Source: the human T2T-CHM13v2.0 reference genome, Homo sapiens. Taken from it: a stretch of 64,000 nt of DNA. Below, one piece after another: positions 54,016 to 64,000 of the stretch. The stretch is taken from assembly GCF_009914755.1 (NCBI RefSeq), contig NC_060928.1, one strand, 5' to 3'. Position 1 is the stretch's first letter, and each line of letters opens with the position of its first letter. Under the pieces are notes generated by a model, which was not told the DNA's origin, ran no database searches, and saw nothing but the letters and a program-made list of their open reading frames with translations. The translations under genes and the position numbers were made by a program.

Positions 54016-56084
54016 CTCCAAAGTTTTAATACTGGACCACTTTCACTTGCTATTCTGTCCTATCCTTCCTTAGAACTGGAGGAAAATACTAGGCACCTGT
54101 CGGTCCGTTAAAAACAATTAGCGTGGACACCAGACTTAAGACTCAGGAGTGAGGCTGTCTGGGGAAGGGCTTTCTAACAATCCCCAACCCTTCTGGGTTG
54201 GGAGCATTGGTCTGCCTGGAACCAGCAGCTTCCACTTTCAATTTTCCTGGGGAAGTGGAGGACCGACTAGAGGAAGAAAGCTGTTGACCTGAACTCCTGA
54301 CATTAGCTGGTTGAGATCATGGTGCAGCCAGAAGTCTCTACTCAACAGTCGCCCATGCATACATCCCTACCTTTCCTTCTGACCCATACCTCCTGGGTCC
54401 TGAACCACGACTTTCTTGAAAGTGTAGCCCCAAAATTCTCCTTACCTCTGAATCTACTTCTTCCAATCCCTGCCTCCTAGGTACTAATGGTTCAGACTTT
54501 CATTTTCTCTCCCAAGTATTAGAGCAAGTTGTATCTCCAAAGGGATCTAAGGAAGCACTATGCTGTGTCCTTAGGCATCTAGGCTATGAACCCAAGGAGT
54601 CTTGTCCCTTGTGTCCCTCCCAATTTAGGCATACAGGTCTTGACATGGGCAGTTATGTGGGACCTGTTCCCCACCACCCTTGCCAGGGCCCCAAGTTTGT
54701 AAATGGCTAAGAGGATTGCTATCCCATTGTGTAAGATGCTCTCCTCCCCCAATTTTTACCCAGCTTACCCCTCTGCAATACAATCTCCAAGCCTTGGCTC
54801 TTTGGCCAGGGCCTTAGAACTGATGACCAAGTACTTTAACAACTGGAACTGGGTCTATGACAACGTAATAAATCAGGATGAAAGTGAATTGAGTAAGTCA
54901 AGGAGAGAAGAGACAGAGAGAGAGAGACAGAGAAACAAAAGAGAGAAAAGAGAGGGAGAGAGAGAAAAAGAGAGATAGAAGTAGTAAAGAAAAAACAGTG
55001 TGCTCTATTCCTTTAAAAGCCAGGGTAAATTTAAAACCTATAATTGATAACTGAAGGTCTTCTCCATTACCCTATAACACTCCAATACTACCTTGTTGTC
55101 AGTGTAAACAAGGGCATAACCTGAAAACACTGAGACCACTGACAACTAATAGCCTTCCTATCAACAATCCTTAACCTAGGAACCCACAGATGGCCCAAAT
55201 GCATTCAATCTGTAGCGGCAACTGCTTTGCCAACAGAAGAAAGTAGAAAAGTAACTTTCAGAGGAAACCTCATTGTGAGCACACCTCACCAGTTCAGAAT
55301 TATTCTAAGTCAAAAAAGCAAAAAGTTAGCTTACTAACTCGAAAATCTTAAAGTATGGGGCTATTCTGTTAGAAAAAGGTGATTTAACATTAACCACTGA
55401 AAATTCCCTTAACACAGAAGATTTCCTAACAGGGGATTTAAATCTTAATTACCTTACAAAGGTCTGACCAGACCTAGGAGGAACTCCCTTCAGGACAGGA
55501 TGATACATGGCTCCTCCCAGGTGATTGAGAAAAAAACCACAATGGGTATTCAATAATTGATAGGGAGACTCTTGTGGAAGCAGAGTTAGGAAAATTGCCT
55601 AATAATTGGTCTGCTCAAATGTGCAAGCTGTTTGCACTCAGCCAAGCCTTAAAGTACTTACAGAATCAAAAAACACTATCTCAATCCTTACTCAAAAGGT
55701 TACCTACACCCTCTCTGAAATGAATTTGCATAATAACTGTTGTTTATGGGACTGCATCTTGATAGGGCAGCTGGCTTGTTAAGAAATACTCAGGAACCCA
55801 GCCCAGCTCTAGAACTCACTCCTGACTGAAAAGGCAATGTTGAGAATGCTGGTAAGGGACCACTAGAATCCAGCAACCCAGACCCCTTTCTTTGTGGTCA
55901 AGAAAAGAAGGAAAACAGGTGCAGGACTGCTGCATTGGTGAGCGTAACGAATCCAATAAGCAGAGGTCCATGGGTGGTTACGCACCTGGAAGGGAATAAG
56001 CATTAGGACCATAGAGGACGCTCTAGGACTAATGCTCATTGGAAATGTACTAGGGGTGCTGGCATCCCTGTGTTTTTTTTTCAG

Positions 56085-57100
56085 ATGGGAAACATTCCCC
56101 CTAAGTCAAAAACACACCTGAGATGTATTCTGGAGAATTCAGCTCAGAGTACATGTACCTTTTTCTCTCTCAGACTTGAAGCATATTAAAATAGACCTAG
56201 ATAAATTCTCAGATAACCCTGATGGCTATATTGATGTTTTACAAGGGTTAGGACAATCCTTTGATCTGACATGGAGAGATATAATGTTACTGCTAGATCA
56301 GACACTAACCCCAAGTGAGAGAAGTGCCGCCATAACTGCAGCTCGAGAGTTTGGCAATCTCTGGTATCTCAGTCAGGTCAATGATAGGATGACAACAGAG
56401 AAAAGATAATGATTCCCCACAGGCCAGCAGGCAGTTCCCAGTGTAGACCCTCATTGGGACACAGAATCAGAACATGGAGATTAGTGTTGCAGACATTTGC
56501 TAACTTGTGTGCAAGAAGCACTAAGGAAAACTAGGAAGAAGCCTATGAATTATTCAGTGATGTCCACTATAACACAGGGAAAGGAAGAAAATCCTACCGC
56601 CTTTCTGGAGAGACTAAGAAGCATACCTCTCTGTCACCTGACTCTGTTGAAAGCCAACCAATCTTAAAGGATAAATTTATCACTCAGTCAGCTGCAGACA
56701 TTAAAAAAAACTTGAAAAGTCCAACTTAGGCCTGGAGCAAAACTTAAAAACCCTATTAAAATTGGCAACCTTATTTTTTTTATACTAGAGATCAGGAGGA
56801 GCAGGTGGAATGGGACAAACAAGATAAGAAAAAGGCCACCGCTTTAGTCATGGCCCTCAGGAAAGCAGACTTTGGAGGCTCTGGAATATGGAAAGGCTGG
56901 GCAAATTGAATGCCTCATAGGGCTTGCTTCCAGTGCGGTCTACAAGGACATTTTAAAAAAGATTGTCCAAATAGAAATAAGCCGCCCCCTCGTCCATGCC
57001 CCTTATGTCAAGGGAATCACTGGAAGGCCAACTGCCCCAGGGGATGAAGGTCCTCTGAGTCAGAAGCCACTAACCAGATGATCCAGCAGCAGAACTGAAG
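56085..57100 (+). pseudogene. gag: HERV-W gag remnant (internal deletion, stops, frameshifts)
   Basis: ATGGGAAAC start. Capsid segment KFSDNPDGYIDVLQGLGQSFDLTWRD. Zinc knuckle CFQCGLQGHFKKDC at 56925-56966. Confidence 0.9.
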
Positions 57101-59540
57101 GTGCTGGGGGCAAGTCCCAGCCCATGCCATCACCCTCACAGAGCCCCAGGTATGCTTGACCATTGAAAGCCAGGAAGTTAACTGTCTCCTGGACACTGGC
57201 GCAGCCTTCTCAGTCTTACTTTCCTGTCCTGGACAACTGTCCTCCAGACCTGTCACTATCTGAGGGGTCCTAGGACAGCCAGTCACTAGATATTTCTCCC
57301 AGCCACTAAGTTGTGATGGGGAACTTTACTCTTTTCACATGCCTTTCTAATTATGCCTGAAAGCCCCACTACCTTGTTAGGGGGAGACATTCTAGCAAAA
57401 CCAGGGGCCATTATACACCTGAACACAGGAGAAGGAACACCCGTTTGTTGTCCCCTGCTTGAGGAAGAAATTAATCCCAAAGTCTGGGCAACAGAAGGAC
57501 AATATGGACGGACAAAGAATGCCCGTCCTGTTCAAGTTAAAGGATTCTGCTTCCTTTCCCTACCAAAGGCGGTACCCCCTTAGACTGGAGGCCCAACAAG
57601 GACTCCAAAAGATTGTTAAAGACCTAAAAGCCCAAGGCTTAGTAAAACCATTCAATAGCCCCTGCAATACTCCAATTTTAGGAGTACAGAAACCCAACGG
57701 ACAGTGGAAGTTAGTACAAGATCTCAGGATTATCAATGAGGCCATTGTCCCTCTATACCCAGCTGTACCTAACCCTTATACTCTGCTTTCCCAAATACCA
57801 GAGGAAGCAGAGTGGTTTACAGTCCTGGACCTTAAGGATGCCTTTTTCTGTATCCCTGTACATCGTGAGTCTCAATTCTTGTTTGCCTTTGAAGATCCTT
57901 CAAACCCAACATCTCAACTCACCTGGACTGTTTTACCCCAAGGGTTCAGGAATAGCCCTCATCTATTTGGCCAGGCATTAGCCCAAGACTTGAGCCAGTT
58001 CTCATACCTGAATACTCTTGTCCTTCGGTACCTGGATGATTTACTTTTAGCTGCCCATTTAGAAACCTTGTGCCATCAAGCCACCCAAGTGCTCTTAAAT
58101 TTCCTCGCCACCTGTGGCTACAAGATTTCCAAACCAAAGGCTCAGCTCTGCTCATAGCGGGTTAAATGCTTAGGGCTAAAATTATCCAAAGGCACCAGGG
58201 CCCTCAGTAAGGAATGTATCCAGCCTATACTGGCTTATCCTCATCCCAAAACCCTAAAGCAATTAAGAGGGTTCCTTGGCATAACAGGCTTCTGCCGAAT
58301 ATGGATTCCCAGGTATGGTGAAATAGCCAGGCCTTTATATACACTAATTAAGGAAACTCAGAAAGCCAATACCCATTTAGTAAGATGGACACCTGAAGGA
58401 GAAGTGGCTTTCCAGGCCATAAAGGAGGCCCTAACCCAAGCCCCAGTGTTAAGCTTGCCAACAGGGCAAGAGTTTTCTTTATATGTCACAGAAAAAAACA
58501 GGAATAGCTCTAGGAGTCCTTACACAGGTTCAAGGGACCAGCTTTCAACCCGTGGCACACCTGAGCAAGGAAATTGATGTGGTGGCAAAGGGTTGGCCTC
58601 ATTGTTTATGGGTAGTGGCTGCAGTAGCAGTCTTAGTATCTGAAGCAGTTAAAATAATACAGGGAAGAGAACTTACTGTGTGGACATCTCATGATGTAAG
58701 TGGCACACTCACTGCTAAAGGAGACTTGTGGCTGTCAGACAACCTTTTGCTTAATCAGGCTCTATTATTTAAAAGGCCAGTGCTGCGACTGCACACTTGT
58801 GCAACTCTTAACCCAGCCACATTTCTTCCAAACAATAAAGAAAAGATAGAACATAACCATCAACAGGTGATTGTTCAAACCTACACCATTCAAGGGGACC
58901 TTCTAGAGGTTCCCTTGACTGATCCCGACCTCAACTTGTATACTAATGGAAGTTCCTTTGTAGAAAAAGGACTTCGAAAAGCGGGGTATGCAGTTTTTAG
59001 TAATAATGGAATATTTTAAAGTAATCCCCTCACTCCAGGAAATAGCACTCAGCTGGCAGAACTAATATCCCTCACTTGGGCACTAGAATTAGGAGAAGGA
59101 AAAAGGGTAAATATATATACAGACTCTAAGTATGCTTACCTAGTCCTCCATGCCCACGCAGCAATATGGAGAGAAAGGGAATTGCTAATTTCTGAGGGAA
59201 CACCTATCAAACATAAGGAAGCCATTAGGAGATTATTCTTGGCTGTACAGAAAACTAAAGAGGTAGCAGTCTTACACTGCTGGGGTCATCAGAAAGGAAA
59301 GGGAAATAGAGGGGAACCACCAAGTGGATAATGAAGCCAAAAGAGCCGCAAGGCGACCTCCATTAGAAATGCTTATAGAAGGACCCCTAGTATGTGGTAA
59401 TCCCCTCCAGAAAACCAAGCCCCAGCACTCAGCAGAAGAAATAGAATGGGGAACGTCACAAGGACATAGTTTCCTCCCCTCAGGATGGAATGCAGCTAAC
59501 CAATGGAAATTACTTAAAACCCTTCACTAAACCTTTCACT
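57100..59540 (+). pseudogene. pol: HERV-W pro-pol remnant (protease, RT, RNase H; integrase largely deleted)
   Basis: LDTGA at 57189. Open RT stretch 57459-58157 with DLKDAFF, LPQGF and YLDD (58029-58040). RNase H YTNGS and YTDSKY. Disrupted by stops and frameshifts. Confidence 0.93.
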
Positions 59541-59953
59541 CTCACTGCACCCCCTCCATGCAGCTCTACTACCAGTAGCTCACCTTACCAAGAGCTTCTG
59601 TGGAGAATGCAGCTTCCCAGAAATATTGATGCCTCATCGTATAGGAGTTTTTCTAAAGGAAACCCCACTTTCACCACCCACACCCATATGCCCCTGCACT
59701 TCAGGCCATACATTTCAATTCCTGTATCTTTAACCTCCTTGTTAAGTTTGTCTCTTCCATAATTGAAGTTGTAAAACTACAAATAGTTCTTCAAATGGAG
59801 CCCCAGAAGCAGTCCATGACTAAGATCTACTGCGGACGCCTGGACCATCCTGCTGGCCCATGCTCTGATGTTAATGACATTGAAGGCACCCCTCCCAAGG
59901 AAATCTCAACTGCACAACCCCTACTATGCCCCAATTCAGCAGGAAGCATTTAG
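59541..59953 (+). pseudogene. env: HERV-W env remnant (SU N-terminus, ~33-nt island, TM cytoplasmic tail)
   Basis: LTAPPPC...SSSPYQELLWRMQ...THTHMP is syncytin-1-like. Tail reads VKLQIVLQMEP. No start codon and most of SU/TM is missing. Confidence 0.9.
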
Positions 59954-60240
59954 AGCAGTTGTTGGCCAACCTCCCCAACAGCACTTGGGTTTTCCTGTTA
60001 AGAAGGGGTACTGAGAGACAGGACTAGCTGGATTTCCTAGGCTGACTAAGAATTCCTAAGCATAGCTGGGAAAGGTGACCGCGCCCACCTTTAAACACGG
60101 GGCTTGTAACTCAGTTCACACCCGAACAATCAGGTAGTAAAGAGGGCTCACTAAAATACAAATTAGGCTAAAGCAGGAGGTAAAGAAATAGTCAAGTCAT
60201 ATATTGCCTGAGAGCACAGGGGGAGGGACAATTATCGGGA

Positions 60241-60326
60241 TATAAATCCAGGCATTCGAGCAGGGAGCGGTGAACCCCTGTGGGTCCCCTCCCATTTTAT
60301 GGGAGCTCTGTTTTCACTCTATTAAA
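60241..60326 (+). promoter_or_regulatory. LTR17 U3 TATA box (60241) and ATTAAA poly(A) signal (60321-60326)
   Basis: tataaa lies ~28 nt upstream of the position equivalent to the element's 5' start. attaaa lies 11 nt before the poly(A). Confidence 0.8.
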
Positions 60327-62387
60327 TCTTGCAACTGAAAAAAAAAAAAGACTGAAAAAGTTAATTTGCTCATTGAATAAAGAGAATTATACTTTTTGCA
60401 AACAATATTTGGAATTATAAATAAAATATAAATAAGAAAGATTTGTGTTTGATGAATGAGAGCTAACAGAATACAAAGCAAATAATATCATGAATCAAAA
60501 ATCTAATAATATGGTAAATGCCTATAAAAATCAAGGCAACTGTACAATATAGACAAAAGTGTTATAAACTTTTAGTTAAAAGAACATATTATAAGTTAGT
60601 ATTACTGCTCAGGTTGTTTATGCAAAAGTCTTGAAAGATTTATAATCTTAGAATGAACATGAGGATTGGTGGTAGGAGTAATTTCACATTTGTCAATCAG
60701 CTATGAGTTACCTAATAGCCAAAGGGAATGAAAAATTGTCATTAAGGAGAGATAATGTCATAATTGTCAAAAATTAGAGACAATGAGATAGTTTATAGGT
60801 AAAAGGGAAGAAGGTTGTAGATTTTGTTTTGTTTTGTTTTTACTTTAGTCATCTGGGAGATTTGAGAGAACAAGTAGAAGTTACTAAACAGATTATTATA
60901 AAATAATTATATAAATAAACCCCTAAAATTAAAGTAAGTTTATAAAAGCGAAACAAAAAATAAATTGGGTTAAGGGTTTGAAAGCCACATTTCTATTTCT
61001 AATAAAATAATTACAATGATTTATAGTTTCACAAAAAATACTTTTTTTCTACAAGAAGTTTTTAGTGACATACAAATTAAAACTTGCTTATATTAACATA
61101 AGATTGCCACTCACTGTTTATTTCTCATATTAGTTCTTCTTCATCTTGTTGTTATTATAACACAAATTATACGACCTTAGTCTCACCAGGCTGTATATTC
61201 AAAATCTAGGTTATTTATCTATACTTTGTGTTTCAAGTTAAGATTTTGCTGAAATTGCGAGAAAAGAGATTGAGTTATAGTTCTTTCTTCAAAAAAAGTG
61301 AGATCCGAAACATGTAATTTGAAAGAGATAGCACAGGTTCCACTTTATATAGTAAGCAGTTTCAGTATGCTTACCATATAAATACTCTGCTAAACTTGTA
61401 CTTGCAAGTCTGGTTAAGGTTAGGAAAAGATCTATATCAACTTAATGAATATACTTCTGCTGACGTACTCAGAAAAGATAGTTTGAATTATAAGATGTTA
61501 CTCTTATATAGGACAGGAAATTTTAACAGGGGCTAGAATTCAACAAATGTCATTTTAAATAGATCTCCATGATGTCTTTTTTTACTATACAGATTTTAAA
61601 GATTTATTTGCATGGAGTTTTAAGTCAACAAATACTACTTATACAAAGACTTGAACAGTTTGGTAAACTGTTTTCTTAACAGTGCTTATTATTTCTCTCA
61701 TTTTTCAATAATTTCATTAAATGTGTTATACAGTTTTCCATAGACACTATAAAAGTTGGGGTATAGATATTAAGGAAAATATTTATGTGCACCAAAATGA
61801 AACATTGCCATAGATGTTATGAAGCAATGAGTATATTTTAGTTTGCTTTGCATTAAATTTATTTATATCCTTATTAGAGAAGACACAAAAGAAAAAGAAA
61901 GCAAGAGTTTTTAAAGAAATTCCAATAAGTCCAAGCATTATTTAATGCTGGACATTTTTATTAATAAAAAATAGCACACCTTCACTTGCATGTTTTAAAA
62001 TAACATATTCAACCAGAGACATGATATCTGAGTAGAGAAATATAAGTTTGATTAGATTATGTTTAATCATGGCACTAAATACTAAGTTTGATCATGACAC
62101 TAAATGCTAAATTGATTTAAATTTATTTACTTCTTTTAAATCTCTGAATATCAATTATTTTATCCATATGGTAGGAATAAAATTATTGTAAATGATATGA
62201 GTAGTTAATACCAGAGACATAATGAAATAAACAATATCAATGACATGTTTCTACAACTCTAAACTGGTTTATCCTTACACACAGAATTTTGAACTAATTA
62301 GCAAAAGTAGTACTTTTTAAAATAACTGAAACTTAAAATATATACTAAAAATACAACTTAAAAACCAGAATACTTGTAATTCCATCA

Positions 62388-62726
<339 letters not shown>

Positions 62727-63199
62727 TTAGGTGGAAGACATGATAACATTCATGTTTATTTCTTATCTATTATTCCATGTTAAGAGAAAGGCATTCTAAC
62801 ATTTTATTTATAGAATAATTTTTTTTGAAAATAAAGGACAAACACATTCATAGATTGAAAGTCCCAAGAAACCCAGAGTGTGAGTAGTAGGATAATAGAT
62901 AAAGAATTAATACAAATGTAGAAAGTATTATTAGATTTATGGAGAGAGCTAAGATATTTCAAGTACGTTGGGGGAAGAGGAAGACAGGCACAAATAACTC
63001 CGGGAGACAACACTGGAAAACACTGAGATCAACCTTTTGTTTTGTTTTGTTTTTATTTTTATTTTCAAAAGAATTGATTATATTAAGTAACAGTGGAACA
63101 CTATCTAAAGCTTTTCTAAGGTAAGATTCTTTAACACAGTATATGATCTCGCCACTCACATACACAAGAAACGAGTAGAAATTCGGAATCCAGGAGTCT

Positions 63200-64000
63200 T
63201 TTTTGAAAATTACATGACAGCATAATCCAGCTAAAATTGAAAAGGAGGTATCCCAGCAAAAAGACAAATGTCCATCTACGAATTAACAAGTACAAAATGA
63301 AGATAATGTCCATGATAAAACATTATAAAGGTAAATATGCTCAACCATAAAAGTAAAATATTAATGAAATAAATAAAAAACATACTATTGCAATTATTTC
63401 CTCATTTCTGCATCAAAGAGTAAATATTGTCTGAAATTTATAAAGCCAGTTGTGAAAGTAACTCAATTTCTGGTAAATATAGTGTAAAGTAAATATTACT
63501 CATATAGCAACAAAATGCACTTAAGGAAGAAAGGAAAATGATGTAATAAAAATGAAAATAGAAAAGCATATAAGTATTTAAAATTTAAAGTGAAGTAGAA
63601 AAATCATCATAAAATTAGTAAGATAATAGAAAAATCACAAATGAGTACTTTCCTAAGCTTTAGGCAACTATTTTTGAATACCTGGATAAAATAATTTTTC
63701 CTAGGACATCTTGGTTTAAAAAATATCTCAAAGAGATAGGTAGCCTAATGACAATGAAAGCAATTCAGGAAACTTCAACAATCAAATGTCACCCACTAGA
63801 AGGAATACCCTGAAGACCATTTATAAGATAATTCTTTCAAAGCATATTAGAATAAATTATTTCGGTTGTATTCAAATTTTTCAAGAAAAGAGAGTGAAGA
63901 AAAAAGACGAATGCTTTTTGTGAATCCACAAAAAAGCTGACAATAAGCCTGAATGAGAAGGCACAAAAAGATAATTATTTTAAAAACTCACTTATGAATT
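63200..64000 (+). mobile_element. Highly decayed L1 (L1ME-like) ORF2 fragment
   Basis: A-rich strand bias and residual motifs (aattctttcaaagcatatt, ttcaaatttttcaagaaaagagag) collinear with mid-ORF2. Confidence 0.5.

Larger units (their letters stand above)
53490..60349 (+). mobile_element. HERV-W (LTR17/HERV17) processed pseudogene retrotransposed by L1
   Basis: 5' LTR lacks U3 (R-U5, 53490-53994). 3' LTR lacks U5 (U3-R, 60012-60337). A12 tail follows ATTAAA. TSD aaagctgaaaaag / aaagactgaaaaag at a TT/AAAG site. Confidence 0.95.

Noticed and set aside
57459-59019. RT and RNase H ORFs as a novel retron-like or defence RT system
   Set aside because: Context (LTR17, PBS, gag, protease, env, polypurine tract) identifies an ordinary decayed HERV-W pol.

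Overview
This is AT-rich, gene-poor human genomic DNA. The species call rests on a human-specific AluYb9/Yb8-type insertion at 40524. I can support no host protein-coding gene, tRNA, rRNA or CRISPR array. Every longer ORF in the track is a decayed L1, Alu or HERV fragment, or is low-complexity noise. Transposable elements dominate the window: (1) a 6.9-kb HERV-W (LTR17/HERV17) processed pseudogene copied by L1 machinery (R-U5...U3-R, poly(A), TSD) at 53490-60349; (2) a ~14.6-kb nested L1 complex at 37681-52250, where an L1MA2-like host contains an L1MA1-like element that appears to carry its source-locus TSDs plus a 3' transduction, along with THE1C, L1PB1 and four Alus; (3) a 3'-truncated L1 at 9.5-13.8 kb, an MST (MaLR) provirus containing a MADE1, Tigger/MER DNA transposons, and older L1/L2/L3/MIR relics. 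The most unusual directly visible signal is a series of small templated insertions (local inverted or direct copies) that break old repeats and resemble fossil polymerase-theta or template-switch repair scars. I found no evidence for a previously undescribed biological system. Subfamily names come from recalled consensus sequences and need RepeatMasker/Dfam confirmation.
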